Shown: positions 10,764 to 21,072 of the stretch, piece after piece
How positions within the stretch are numbered: the first letter of the stretch is position 1
Layout of the letters: each line of letters opens with the position of its first letter
DNA from: Candidatus Nanopelagicales bacterium
GTDB lineage: Bacteria; Actinomycetota; Actinomycetes; S36-B12; UBA5976
DNA length: 64,000 bases
Direction: 5' to 3'
NCBI GenBank assembly: GCA_030157865.1
Contig: JAOATY010000033.1
Coordinates: 23,507-87,506 of the forward strand
The notes under the pieces: model-generated
What the model was told of the DNA's origin: nothing
Database searches by the model: none
Seen by the model: only the letters and a program-made list of their open reading frames with translations
Program-made: the position numbers and the translations under genes

Positions 10764-11784
10764 TCTTCGAGTAGCAATCGGGCCAACCAATGTTGCTGGC
10801 CAGGGATACCAGATCGCTCGCAGTCTGCGGGAAATCAAGAACATAGATGCCATAAATTTCATGCTGAACAACAACTCGTTCAGATTCAAGACTGATCTTT
10901 CTGTACCTTCCGAAGGCTGGATCACTTCATTGACCAAGGCAATAGGTGGGCGCGCGGATTACTGGCCGGAAATCGATTTTCGAAGCCATGTACTTACAGA
11001 GTATTTTGATGCATTTCGAAACCGCAATGGAATTAGATCCTGGTCATTAGATACCAAGGTAAGCCAAGAGCAAGGTCAAGTTGTTGGTGTCATTGCTCAT
11101 GGCAGTGACGTGCGAGTGCCTTCCATTCATTCCGAGCTTGATGAATTAAGTCCACATCGCAAACTAGGCAAAAGCTACAACGCTTTGCTTGAACAAATTA
11201 CAAAACGAAACATTGAGAATTCTGAATTAGCAGATGCCTGCTTTGTTTCAACTCGAGATTTACTTCACTTCTTGCCGAATGCCACATGGCTGCCTGCGAT
11301 TGTTGACTCTGAGCTTTTTGGTACACCTCTACCGACACCTTCTAATCGCCCAGTTGTCTTGCACTTACCTTCCGATCCGCGATTCAAGGGTAGTGAATAC
11401 ATCGTTCCGGTTTTGGAAAAACTTCACCAAAGTGGGGTTATCCGCTATCGGAGCATGCTTGCCAGTTCACATGATCAGGTTTTACGAGCGATAAATCATG
11501 CCCACATTCTGGTCGATCAAATTGGCGTAGGTCATTACGGAGCGATTGGCGTTGAAGCCATGGCTTCTGGTCGTATTGTTATGGCCTACATGGGCAATCT
11601 CGGCGCTGGCGAACCTATTGTGAATATTCGTCCTGAAACAATCGAAGGAGAATTAGTCACGCTTGCTAGAGATCTTGAATTACAAGCAAGGACATTCAAG
11701 CTCAGCAGAGAATTCGCCGAGAAGTTTCACAACGGTAATGCCAGCGTAAAGGCTCTCGAGTCTTTCCTAGATCTAAGTAGGTAG
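10750..11784 (+). CDS. GT-B glycosyltransferase
   Basis: HGSDVR, VLHLPS..KGS, ILVDQ..YG..VEAMASGRIV. Confidence 0.82.
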   Translation: MTSDNLRVAIGPTNVAGQGYQIARSLREIKNIDAINFMLNNNSFRFKTDLSVPSEGWITSLTKAIGGRADYWPEIDFRSHVLTEYFDAFRNRNGIRSWSLDTKVSQEQGQVVGVIAHGSDVRVPSIHSELDELSPHRKLGKSYNALLEQITKRNIENSELADACFVSTRDLLHFLPNATWLPAIVDSELFGTPLPTPSNRPVVLHLPSDPRFKGSEYIVPVLEKLHQSGVIRYRSMLASSHDQVLRAINHAHILVDQIGVGHYGAIGVEAMASGRIVMAYMGNLGAGEPIVNIRPETIEGELVTLARDLELQARTFKLSREFAEKFHNGNASVKALESFLDLSR

Positions 11785-11787
11785 TTG

Positions 11788-13080
11788 CTAACCAGCAACG
11801 CCAAGCACAACGACATCTGCTTGAGACAGTTGACCAGGCTTAAGCATTTTTCTGCCGTCAACAACAGTCCGGACTCCCGGTAGGTCTGCTGAAACGATGT
11901 CGGCGTATGCAGCGTGGTTTGCCTGAACGATTGCTGCGTCTGCTGTTTGGCCAAAGTTATATGGTGTGAAGCCATATGCAACTAGTTCTGCATCGGTATA
12001 CATCGGATCATGAACCAAGACTTCAGCACCCTTTGCCTTCAGTGCATCAACTGTTGCGAATACTCCTGAGAACGCTGTTTCTTTCACGCCGCCACGATAA
12101 GCAGCGCCCAATACAACTACCTTTTGTCCACTGAGTGAACCGTGACGCTTTTCTAGCACATCGACTGCGTAACTTGGCATTTGAACGTTTGCTTCGCGAG
12201 CTGCGCGAACTACTGTTGCGCTCGGATCGTTCCATAGGTACATCCGTGGGTAGATCGGAATGCAGTGGCCACCAACAGCGATACCTGGTTGATGAATGTG
12301 ACTAAACGGTTGGCTATTGCAGGCGTCAATTACGGAATAGACGTCGATGCCATTGTCTGCTGCAAATCGGGCAAATTGATTAGCCAGACCAATATTCACG
12401 TCGCGATATGTTGTCTCGGCAAGCTTGGCTAACTCACTAGCTTCAGAGCTTCCTAAGTCCCAAACACCATTTGGTTTTGCCAAATCAAAACGTTCGTCAA
12501 AGTCCAACACTTGCTCGTAAAATGTTTTAGCAGCGTTACCACTTGCTTCGTTAATTCCACCTACAAGTTTTGGATACTTACGCAAGTCTTCAAATACTCG
12601 GCCTGTGAATACGCGCTCTGGGCTGAAAGCAAGATGAAAATCAACGCCTGCGACAAGTCCAGATTCCTGTTCCAACATTTTGGCAAAACGATTTCTTGTT
12701 GTGCCAACCGGCAGTGTCGTTTCGTATGAAACTAAAGTGCCCGGCTTCAGGCCTTTTCCAATCGAAACGGTCGCTGCATCCATCCACGCAAAGTCTGGAG
12801 TACCTTCAGCATCAACAAAAAGTGGGACAACTACAACTACGGCTTCGCTCTCGGCAACTGAGCCGGTTGTGTCATTTGTTGCGACTAAGCGACCACTGCG
12901 AACAACGGCTTCTAGCTTGTTCTGTAAATGAGCCTCACCAGGAAATGGCTCAATGCCTTGGTTAATGAGATCAATTGTCTGCTGGTTTACATCTGTGCCA
13001 ACAACGTGGTGGCCGCGGGAGGCAAATTGAACCGCTAATGGAAGGCCAATCTTGCCCATTGCTACAACAGTGATCTTCAT
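11788..13080 (-). CDS. UDP-N-acetyl-hexosamine 6-dehydrogenase (WbpA/WecC family)
   Basis: MKITVVAMGKIGLPLA (likely start 13080, not 13116), FSPERV, KLAETTYRDVNIG, GGHCIP. Confidence 0.9.
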   Translation of the reverse strand: MKITVVAMGKIGLPLAVQFASRGHHVVGTDVNQQTIDLINQGIEPFPGEAHLQNKLEAVVRSGRLVATNDTTGSVAESEAVVVVVPLFVDAEGTPDFAWMDAATVSIGKGLKPGTLVSYETTLPVGTTRNRFAKMLEQESGLVAGVDFHLAFSPERVFTGRVFEDLRKYPKLVGGINEASGNAAKTFYEQVLDFDERFDLAKPNGVWDLGSSEASELAKLAETTYRDVNIGLANQFARFAADNGIDVYSVIDACNSQPFSHIHQPGIAVGGHCIPIYPRMYLWNDPSATVVRAAREANVQMPSYAVDVLEKRHGSLSGQKVVVLGAAYRGGVKETAFSGVFATVDALKAKGAEVLVHDPMYTDAELVAYGFTPYNFGQTADAAIVQANHAAYADIVSADLPGVRTVVDGRKMLKPGQLSQADVVVLGVAG

Positions 13081-13187
13081 GTTTATCCAATCGAAAAGGT
13101 TTATTGTCCGTTGCAAATTCTATCGGTTCACTGCCAGTTGGCCTTCCAGCCCAATGGGAATGGCTATTTATGCGATAAGTTGAACGT

Positions 13188-14246
13188 ATGCGCGTTATTA
13201 GTGTTGTGGGCGCTCGTCCGCAGTTTGTGAAGTTAGCAGCGGTTGCCAATGGCATGAAAGATACGGCTATTGAGCACGTAATTGTTGATACTGGCCAGCA
13301 CTACGACAGCAATCTATCTGAGGTTTTTTTCGATGATCTTCAGATTCCAAAACCTGATGTGAATCTGGGAATTGGCTCAGGCTCTCATGGAGTTCAAACC
13401 GGGGCCATGCTTGCCGCATTGGATGAGGTATTCACCAAGTACTCCCCTGATTGCGTACTGGTTTATGGAGACACCAATTCAACTTTGGCTGCGGCCGTGA
13501 GTGCCGTGAAATTGCACTTTCCAGTCGCTCACCTAGAGGCTGGTCTGCGGTCATTTAACCGAGCCATGCCCGAGGAACACAATCGTGTCCTAACCGATCA
13601 TGCAGCTGACTTATTACTGCCACCAACGCAAGTTGCACACGATCACCTAGTTCGTGAAGGGCTTGGCCATCGCTCAGTAATTGTTGGTGATGTGATGACG
13701 GATGTTTGTTACTTGACCCGCGATAGCGTCAAAGCAAATCCAGTTGATTTAGGTATCTCAGGAACTTACTTAACCTCGACAATCCATAGAGCTGAAAACA
13801 CTGACGACCCAGTCCGACTAAAGGAAATCATCAGCGCACTTCAGGCGCTTCCAAATCCAGTCGCACTTCTAGCGCATCCTCGCCTACAGGCACGAGCTAA
13901 AGAATTTGGTATTGAATTAGAAAAGGGTTCAGTTCAAGTTTTTGATCCTCTGCCTTACCCACAAACTATTCAAATGATGTTGGGTTCGGCTGGCGTAGTA
14001 ACAGACTCTGGGGGACTACAGAAAGAGGCCTACTTACTAGAAGTGCCTTGCACCACAATTCGAACTGAAACGGAATGGGTTGAAACATTAGTTGACTCAT
14101 GGAATGTTTTAAGTCCTGAAGTTAAGGACTTAACTAACGCTGTTATGCGACCAAAGCCATCTGAACCCACTAAGTCTGTCTATGGGAATGGTGCTGCTGC
14201 AAAGCGTGTAGTGGATGCTTTGTTGAACTTTTCGGCACAGAGTTAG
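13188..14246 (+). CDS. wecB: Non-hydrolysing UDP-GlcNAc 2-epimerase (WecB/WbpI family)
   Basis: VGARPQFVK, TGQHYD, GDTNST, HLEAGLRS, TDSGGLQKEA. Confidence 0.93.
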   Translation: MRVISVVGARPQFVKLAAVANGMKDTAIEHVIVDTGQHYDSNLSEVFFDDLQIPKPDVNLGIGSGSHGVQTGAMLAALDEVFTKYSPDCVLVYGDTNSTLAAAVSAVKLHFPVAHLEAGLRSFNRAMPEEHNRVLTDHAADLLLPPTQVAHDHLVREGLGHRSVIVGDVMTDVCYLTRDSVKANPVDLGISGTYLTSTIHRAENTDDPVRLKEIISALQALPNPVALLAHPRLQARAKEFGIELEKGSVQVFDPLPYPQTIQMMLGSAGVVTDSGGLQKEAYLLEVPCTTIRTETEWVETLVDSWNVLSPEVKDLTNAVMRPKPSEPTKSVYGNGAAAKRVVDALLNFSAQS

Positions 14247-14258
14247 GTCCGCTTCCCC

Positions 14259-16088
14259 GTGAAACAAGAAAATGAACGGTTGATTCCGCTTCACGTAGCC
14301 AAAGAGGTTTTGGGTCAGTACCCAAGTCGCTCTCGACGGGCCTATTACACATATGTATTGCTGAGAATGGGACTTGGGGCTTTCGATGTCGTAAATGCTC
14401 TAGCTCTTGGAGCCGTTGCCGCCCTTGCCGCTGTGGTCGCTGGTGCTGTTGCTCCAACTGGATTGCTTGCTCAATTACTCGAACAGACTGGGGATCCACT
14501 GCGAGCGCTTCGAATCTGTGGAATCGCGGCCATCGCACTTTTCACGATCAAAGGCTTTGCAGAGTATTACTTCCGGCGTCGAATGCTGATGTTCATTGCG
14601 AATCGCGAATATCAAATCTCTGCAGAACTAGTTCAGCGCTTTTTGCGACTTCCCCTTTCTCGAATTCAGAGTTGGGGTAACGTCGATGCCGCTTTCTCTG
14701 TTGGTCAAGGAGTTGCAGGAGGATCCCTTTTACTTGGTGCAATAAGTTCAGCATTTGCAGAACTGTTGGTTCTGATCATTATGACTGGATTGCTTTTTGT
14801 TTTTAACCCAGTTGCTGCGCTTTGCGTCCTGGCATTAATGGGCCTTCTTGCGTATGGATTACAGAGATATTCGAGTCCGCGACTTATCAAGAACACCGCA
14901 ACGATTAATCAATCAGCAGTGCAGTCTCAAGAGACATTTCAAGAAGGCCTTTTTGCATACCGCGAAGTAAATGCAGCTGGCAGAGTGCCTTGGTTAGTGT
15001 CTCGCTACACCGGATTTCGCTCACAAGGGGCGCTTGCTACTGGTAATCAGATAATCACTAGCCAAGTTCCTTCCTTGATTTTGCAGTATGGAATCTTTAT
15101 TGGAACTGCAGCTTTCACACTTTCGATTTTCTGGGATGGTGGTGGACCACAGTCCTTCGCAATTCTTGCAATCTTTGGTGCAGCCGGAAGTCGCATGGCT
15201 GGCGCCGTAGGACCATTACAAAACTCTTGGAACATCGCTATCAGTGCAGTTCCGCAGGCACAGAGAATGCTTAAGTTAACCCGTTGGCTTAATGAAAATG
15301 AGTCACCATCAGTTCAGCAAGATTTTGCTTTGTCGCTTTCAAGCCGTGAAAAGTTTGTGCCAGCAATTGAATTTAAAGATGTCTCATTCAGTTACGAAGG
15401 TTCAGAATCTCCAGCATTGACGAATGTGTCATTTAAGGTTCCAGAGTTTTCTATGCTTGCGATCGCTGGTCCAAGTGGATCTGGCAAGAGCACTCTTGTC
15501 GACCTTCTACTTGGAATGAATTCCCCTGACAGCGGCCAGATACTTCTTGGCGGACAAGATCCACGTGGAGTTAGATCTACATGGCCTGGAATTCTCGGCT
15601 ACGTGCCGCAGTCGGTTTATGCAGCTGATCGTTCGCTAGCAGAAAATGTTGCACTTGGATTTGATCGAGATGACATTGATGAAGCCCAAGTCTGGAAGGC
15701 GCTTGAGCAGGCTCAGCTAGATGTATTGGTACGTACTTGGCCAGAAATGCTGAATACCAAGATGGGTGACCTTGGTTCACGAATGTCTGGCGGACAACAA
15801 CAGCGGTTGGGACTTGCCAGAGCTTTATACACACAACCATCGATTTTGGTTCTAGACGAGGCTACGAGTGCTTTAGATGCGGAGACTGAAGCAGCGATTA
15901 CTTCAACCCTGGAGTCCTTGAGATCCCACATGACTTTAGTTGTAATCGCTCACAGACTTTCTACTGTGCAAAAGGCAGACTCAGTAATGCTGCTTGAAGA
16001 TGGTTCGTGCTTGGGCGCAGGAACCTTTAATGAAATGCGTGAGCGTTTTCCACAATTCGATAGACAAGCAAAACTCCTCGGCCTTTAG
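14259..16088 (+). CDS. ABC transporter, fused TMD+NBD (PglK/MsbA-like glycan flippase)
   Basis: N-terminal TMs, Walker A GPSGSGKST, MSGGQQQR, LVLDEATSALD, IAHRLST. Confidence 0.9.
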   Translation: MKQENERLIPLHVAKEVLGQYPSRSRRAYYTYVLLRMGLGAFDVVNALALGAVAALAAVVAGAVAPTGLLAQLLEQTGDPLRALRICGIAAIALFTIKGFAEYYFRRRMLMFIANREYQISAELVQRFLRLPLSRIQSWGNVDAAFSVGQGVAGGSLLLGAISSAFAELLVLIIMTGLLFVFNPVAALCVLALMGLLAYGLQRYSSPRLIKNTATINQSAVQSQETFQEGLFAYREVNAAGRVPWLVSRYTGFRSQGALATGNQIITSQVPSLILQYGIFIGTAAFTLSIFWDGGGPQSFAILAIFGAAGSRMAGAVGPLQNSWNIAISAVPQAQRMLKLTRWLNENESPSVQQDFALSLSSREKFVPAIEFKDVSFSYEGSESPALTNVSFKVPEFSMLAIAGPSGSGKSTLVDLLLGMNSPDSGQILLGGQDPRGVRSTWPGILGYVPQSVYAADRSLAENVALGFDRDDIDEAQVWKALEQAQLDVLVRTWPEMLNTKMGDLGSRMSGGQQQRLGLARALYTQPSILVLDEATSALDAETEAAITSTLESLRSHMTLVVIAHRLSTVQKADSVMLLEDGSCLGAGTFNEMRERFPQFDRQAKLLGL

Positions 16089-16104
16089 TGGCCAAGGAGT
16101 TTTG
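16069..16104. terminator. Stem-loop between convergent genes (likely bidirectional terminator)
   Basis: CAAAACTCCTCGGCC-N6-GGCCAAGGAGTTTTG inverted repeat overlapping the ABC gene stop. Confidence 0.65.
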
Positions 16105-16118
16105 TCGCTTACTAGAAA

Positions 16119-17087
16119 TTAAGCTTTTGCTGACTCGATCATCCAGTCTGCTACCTTCACTGTGTTCAGACCTTGTCGCATTGTGACTATGTCTGCAGGC
16201 TTTCCAAGAACAGCATCACGGAAGTTTTCGTGTTCAAGCTTTAGTGGCTCCGGCTTTGCAATTGCGTAACGGATTACGTCACCTTCTGATACTCCGCGGA
16301 AGTTAGCGACATCGTCCCAAGCTTCAACCTGAGTGCCATTTGCGTAGAAGGTTAGATCGGCAGTCAAGGTGTCACACACATATGCGCCACGCTCACCAGT
16401 GATCACTGTTACACGCTCTTTAAATGGAGAGAGCCAGTTAACCAAGTGATTGGTTACTGTGCCATCAGCAAGTTGACCCACGGCTGATACTAAATCTTCA
16501 TGATCACGGCCTGCGCGGTGCGCTGTGCGCGCTTGCACCCAAACAAATTCTTGCTGAGTTACCCAGGCCGTTAAATCAATGTCGTGGGTTGCTAGGTCTT
16601 TGACAACACCGACGTCAGCAATTCGAGCTGGGAAACCATTCTGGCGGCGAGTGGTTACTTGGAAAACTCGACCGAGATCACCCGCTTCAATTCGGCGACG
16701 CGCTTCTTGTAGTGAAGGGTTGTAGCGCTCGATGTGGCCTACAGCGCCGACTAGTCCAGCTTTTTCAAACGCTTCAGCTAGACGAGTTGCAGAAGCAACA
16801 TCTGGAGCAAGTGGCTTTTCGATGATTGCATGAACTCCTGCGGCTGCAAGCTTCAAGCCAACTTCTTCGTGGTAAATAGTTGGAACTGCAACCATGCAGT
16901 AATCGATTCCAGCAGCGATTAGTTCATCAATGCTCTTTAGAACTTCACGATTACCAGCAACGCCATGAGGGTCGCCAGCTGGATCAGCAACAGCAACTAG
17001 GTCTACGCCTTCGAGCGAAGCCAGCACACGGGCATGATGTCGACCCATCATGCCCAGGCCAATTAAGCCTGCTTTCAAATTTGCCAT
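16119..17087 (-). CDS. Gfo/Idh/MocA oxidoreductase (WbpB/WlbA-like 3-dehydrogenase)
   Basis: IGLGMMGRHH, IEKPLA, VGHIERYNP, DLATHDID; linked to WbpE/WbpD homologues. Confidence 0.88.
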   Translation of the reverse strand: MANLKAGLIGLGMMGRHHARVLASLEGVDLVAVADPAGDPHGVAGNREVLKSIDELIAAGIDYCMVAVPTIYHEEVGLKLAAAGVHAIIEKPLAPDVASATRLAEAFEKAGLVGAVGHIERYNPSLQEARRRIEAGDLGRVFQVTTRRQNGFPARIADVGVVKDLATHDIDLTAWVTQQEFVWVQARTAHRAGRDHEDLVSAVGQLADGTVTNHLVNWLSPFKERVTVITGERGAYVCDTLTADLTFYANGTQVEAWDDVANFRGVSEGDVIRYAIAKPEPLKLEHENFRDAVLGKPADIVTMRQGLNTVKVADWMIESAKA

Positions 17088-18172
17088 TATGCGCCTGCAG
17101 AAGCTACGGAGTTAATGACTTCAACAATCTTTTCAAGATCACCTTGGGAAAGTGAAGGGTGAACCGGAAGTGACAAGCACTGCTTTGCAACCTGCTCTGT
17201 TACCGGTAGATCAAGAGTTAAACCGTATGAAGGAAGGCGGTGGTTTGGAATTGGGTAGTAAACACCACTACCAATGCCACGCTTTCCAATTTCTTCAGCA
17301 AACTTGTCACGGTCTTGGTCAACAACACGAATTGTGTACTGGTGGTAAACGTGAGTAGCACCTGGTGCAACCGGCGGAACGATAACGCCCTTTAGGTTTT
17401 CATCCAAGAACTTTGCATTGTCCTGGCGCTGCTTAGTCCAACCAGCAAGTTTCCTTAGCTGTACGCGACCGATTGCGGCGTGAATGTCAGTCATACGAGT
17501 GTTGTAACCAGCGATTTCATTTTCGTAACGCTTCTCCATGCCCTGATTGCGAAGCAGTCTGGTTTTACGAGCGATGTGATCGCAAGGTGTTGTCACCATT
17601 CCGCCTTCGCCAGAAGTCATGTTCTTGGTTGGGTAGAACGAAAATGAAGCAGCGACGCCCCATGCGCCAACTGGAATGTCATCCAAAGCAGCAGCATGTG
17701 CTTGAGCTGCGTCTTCGAAAAGCAACAGGTTATGGCGAGCAGCGATGTCTTTGTATTCACGCATCGCAGCTGGGTGACCATACAGGTGCACTGGCATGAG
17801 GGCACGAGTGCGAGGAGTGATGGCTGCCTCTGCTGCCTTTGGATCCATGTTGAAGTAGTCCTGCTCGATATCAGCGAAAACTGGAGTTCCACCTGCAAGC
17901 ACAACTGAGTTTGCTGTTGCTGCGAATGTGAATGACGGAACAATAACTTCATCGCCTGGCTTTATGCCTGCAGCAACGAAAGCCATGTGAAGTGCTGAAG
18001 TTCCTGAATTCACCGCAATGCTGTGACGGCCAGAGACAAGCTCTGAGAATTCTGTTTCAAATGCGGCAACTTCTGGGCCACCGGCGATCATGCCAGAACG
18101 CAGAACGCGATCTACGGCTTCGCGTTCTTCGTCACCAATAATTGGTTTTGCGGCTGGAATCATTTCAGTCAT
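17087..18172 (-). CDS. DegT-family aminotransferase (WbpE/WlbC-like)
   Basis: NSGTSALH, PVHLYG, EDAAQAH, SFYPTKNMTSGEGG. Confidence 0.92.
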   Translation of the reverse strand: MTEMIPAAKPIIGDEEREAVDRVLRSGMIAGGPEVAAFETEFSELVSGRHSIAVNSGTSALHMAFVAAGIKPGDEVIVPSFTFAATANSVVLAGGTPVFADIEQDYFNMDPKAAEAAITPRTRALMPVHLYGHPAAMREYKDIAARHNLLLFEDAAQAHAAALDDIPVGAWGVAASFSFYPTKNMTSGEGGMVTTPCDHIARKTRLLRNQGMEKRYENEIAGYNTRMTDIHAAIGRVQLRKLAGWTKQRQDNAKFLDENLKGVIVPPVAPGATHVYHQYTIRVVDQDRDKFAEEIGKRGIGSGVYYPIPNHRLPSYGLTLDLPVTEQVAKQCLSLPVHPSLSQGDLEKIVEVINSVASAGA

Positions 18173-18771
18173 GCGCTCTCCTCTTTAAGAGTGTCTGAAT
18201 CAGTCTGGATATAAATTGCTCCAGTCTGAGGACACTTGTATTTGTTTTCTTCAATCTTTTCTAGCGGGACGCCAGCTTTGCCGACCCATCCAATTCTTTT
18301 TGCAGGTACACCAGCAACAAGTGCGAAATCTGGAACGTCGCGGGTAACGACTGAACCAGCGGCAACAAGGGTCCATGCACCGACAGTTACAGGTGCTACG
18401 CACACGGATCGGGCTCCAATTGATGCGCCTTGTTTGATTGTTACGCCAACGGCTACCCAGTCATGGCCTGACTTTAGTTTGCCATCAGGAGTAATTGACC
18501 GTGGATACTCGTCGTTTGTGAGAACTACGGCAGGGCCGATGAAAACTCCGTCTGCGAGTTCGGCTGGTTCGTAAACAAGTGCATAATTTTGAACTTTGCA
18601 GTTATCGCCCATCTTTACGCCGGTGCCAATATATGCCCCACGTCCAACAATGCAGTTTTCGCCCATAACAACTTGTTCGCGAACCTGGGCATAGTGCCAA
18701 ACTGACGCTGAGTCCGGAATTTTCGCATCCGGACTTATGTCGGCTGTTGCATGGAGCATCGTGGACTTCAC
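18169..18771 (-). CDS. Hexapeptide-repeat N-acetyltransferase (WbpD/WlbB-like)
   Basis: KVQN..VY..FIGP.VVLTND.YPRS, LbH repeats, VAGVPAKRIGWV. Confidence 0.9.
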   Translation of the reverse strand: MKSTMLHATADISPDAKIPDSASVWHYAQVREQVVMGENCIVGRGAYIGTGVKMGDNCKVQNYALVYEPAELADGVFIGPAVVLTNDEYPRSITPDGKLKSGHDWVAVGVTIKQGASIGARSVCVAPVTVGAWTLVAAGSVVTRDVPDFALVAGVPAKRIGWVGKAGVPLEKIEENKYKCPQTGAIYIQTDSDTLKEESA

Positions 18772-18848
18772 TTTCTAGAACTTGGCCTTAGGTACCCTTA
18801 AATCGTAGTGGTACAGGCCTTAGTGCCTCGCAATTCAGCCGAATCTGG

Positions 18849-19817
18849 CTATTTAGTGAGCCGCTTCACACGGGCAATGACTGACCAGTGGAGCGGATTC
18901 GCAACGGCTCGGGGCATTTGGAGCCAGGCTGTCACAGGTGAAACACCAATAACTCTGGTCATTTCATTCAATGAATAGTCAGGGATCCGACGCATCCTTA
19001 ATACAGTGAACGCCCACCTCATCGCTGCGAGATAAGCGATTTCTCTGTCGGTCTTCTTGGATTGCCCTGCATGCTTACTAAGAAACAGTGCCTGGTCTCG
19101 TAATTTGTGGCTATCGCGTCTGGACTTTGATCCTTCTACAACTCGGTATTTGCCCACGGAATTAGCAATGTACAAAAACTGGCTTGTTTTTGAGATTCGC
19201 AGCCAAAGATCAAAATCCTCGGTCGTGATGCTTGAATCCCAGCCACCGGCGTTAACTACCGTCTTGGTTCTAATCAGGGTCATGCCACCTGGGATGAAGT
19301 TATTGAATTTAAGTAAGTCTTTAAATGGCTTGTTCGGTGTTTTGTATCTCGTAGAGACAGTCCCTTGCCAGGTATCCCGCGGGCGTGAAAATCCTAAAGA
19401 ATCGCCTTGTTCGTCCATAACATCAAGGTCGCCCCAAACTACATCGACCGAATCAATGGCCGATTCGAACAAGTTTTCGATTGAATTAGGCAGCAGCAGA
19501 TCATCTGCCGCTAGAACCAAGAGCCATTCAGTGCTCACTTCGTTCAGTACTTGATTCAAACGTGCGGAAATTCCTAGGTTCTTTTCATCTTGAATAAAGC
19601 TCTGAGCTTCAATTCCTGTTTCAGATATGAGGCGGCGGAGGTCTTCTACATCGGTTGGGGCTGAACCATCGTCAATAACGATGACTTTCTCTGGAGACAG
19701 AGTTTGGTTTCGAATGCTTGTGAATGCATCTTTGATGAATCGCGCTTGATTGAAATTGACAACGATAACGGTTACAGAGGCTGAGCTATTCATGACGATC
19801 AGCCTCACATTCCGCAA
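18849..19817 (-). CDS. GT2 glycosyltransferase
   Basis: VIVVNFNQ, VIDDGS, LAADD, EDFDLWLR; start may be the second Met. Confidence 0.88.
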   Translation of the reverse strand: MRNVRLIVMNSSASVTVIVVNFNQARFIKDAFTSIRNQTLSPEKVIVIDDGSAPTDVEDLRRLISETGIEAQSFIQDEKNLGISARLNQVLNEVSTEWLLVLAADDLLLPNSIENLFESAIDSVDVVWGDLDVMDEQGDSLGFSRPRDTWQGTVSTRYKTPNKPFKDLLKFNNFIPGGMTLIRTKTVVNAGGWDSSITTEDFDLWLRISKTSQFLYIANSVGKYRVVEGSKSRRDSHKLRDQALFLSKHAGQSKKTDREIAYLAAMRWAFTVLRMRRIPDYSLNEMTRVIGVSPVTAWLQMPRAVANPLHWSVIARVKRLTK

Positions 19818-19907
19818 TTTGGTTCTTCTGTCACCTGAGAATAACCCAATAACAATGATGTCTTCAGTTCCTGTAGGGTTTGAAAGGTCAATTGTTTAAC
19901 TGCATTT

Positions 19908-19980
19908 GGCCCCGTAGCTCAGGGGATAGAGCAGTGGTTTCCTAAACCATGTGCCGCATGTTCGAATCATGCCGGGGCCA
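19908..19980 (+). tRNA. tRNA-Arg (anticodon CCT)
   Basis: GGCCCCG acceptor stem, D-arm GCTC/GAGC, anticodon arm GTGGT-TTCCTAA-ACCAT, T-arm GCATG-TTCGAAT-CATGC, closing CGGGGCC-A. Confidence 0.96.
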
Positions 19981-20025
19981 CGTAGGTCTAACATGACCAT
20001 TACTAAGTAGAGGGGCCAGAACCAG

Positions 20026-20988
20026 ATGACTTGGCTTGTAACTGGCGGTGCGGGATACATCGGCGCCCATGTGGTTCAAAAACTTGTTGATGCTGGTCAC
20101 GATGTGGTTGTTCTTGATGAAGCCACAACCGGTACGCACAGATTGCCGCCACAAGTTACTTTGGTTCAAGCCAACCTAACTCAGAATCAAACTCTGCACA
20201 GACTTTTTAATGACTACGACTTTCAAGGTGTAGTTCATGTTGCTGCGCGTAAACAAGTTAGAGAGTCGGTAGAAAAACCACTCTTTTACTGGCGCGAAAA
20301 TATTGGTGGGCTTACAAATCTGCTAACAGCGATGCAGGTTCATTCCGTGAAGAATCTCGTGTTTAGTTCAAGTGCTGCTGTTTATGGACAGCCACAATTA
20401 GGCAGTGACGCGATGATTGCAGAGGATGCCCATTGCAATCCCATCAATCCATATGGTGCAACCAAGCTTGCAGGTGAATGGATGGCAGAAGCGCTAACCG
20501 TTTCTGATGATTTCAAAGTAGTCGCGTTAAGGTACTTCAATGTTGGTGGCGCAGGAAATGCAAATCTCGGGGATGAATATTCCTATAACTTGATTCCAAT
20601 TGTTTTTGATGCATTAGAAAAAAATGAGTCTCCAATTGTTTTTGGCAAAAACTTTGAGACGTCGGATAGAACTTGTATCCGAGATTACGTACACGTTGAA
20701 GATCTTGCCGATGCACATGTATCTGCAGTTGAGTACGTAAGTAAGGCCGAGCCAAAATTTACTGCGATAAACATTGGTACTGGAAAAGGTTCGAGCGTTT
20801 TGGAAGTAATGAATATGGTTGCCAAGGTTTCTGGAATCGAATTTGAACCTAAAATTGTTCAAGCACGACAGGGCGACCCTGCAGCCTTGGTTGCTGATGT
20901 AAGTCGCGCTAAGGAATTGCTCAATTGGGTAAGTCAACGCTCGCTCGAGGACATTGTTCGTAGCGCATGGCTCGCAAAGAATCCTTGA
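20026..20988 (+). CDS. galE: UDP-glucose 4-epimerase
   Basis: VTGGAGYIGAH, ESVEKP.FY, YGATK, LRYFNV, CIRDYVHVEDLADAH. Confidence 0.9.
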   Translation: MTWLVTGGAGYIGAHVVQKLVDAGHDVVVLDEATTGTHRLPPQVTLVQANLTQNQTLHRLFNDYDFQGVVHVAARKQVRESVEKPLFYWRENIGGLTNLLTAMQVHSVKNLVFSSSAAVYGQPQLGSDAMIAEDAHCNPINPYGATKLAGEWMAEALTVSDDFKVVALRYFNVGGAGNANLGDEYSYNLIPIVFDALEKNESPIVFGKNFETSDRTCIRDYVHVEDLADAHVSAVEYVSKAEPKFTAINIGTGKGSSVLEVMNMVAKVSGIEFEPKIVQARQGDPAALVADVSRAKELLNWVSQRSLEDIVRSAWLAKNP

Positions 20989-21072
20989 TTCTTAAGTTCT
21001 AAACACATTTAACAAATTCAATATTTCTGTTCCGATAGTCTTTAGTAACAACTTTGAACCTGAAAGATCGCC

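Noticed and set aside
19942-20169. 75-aa minus-strand ORF
   Set aside because: Antisense to tRNA-Arg and galE; shadow ORF.
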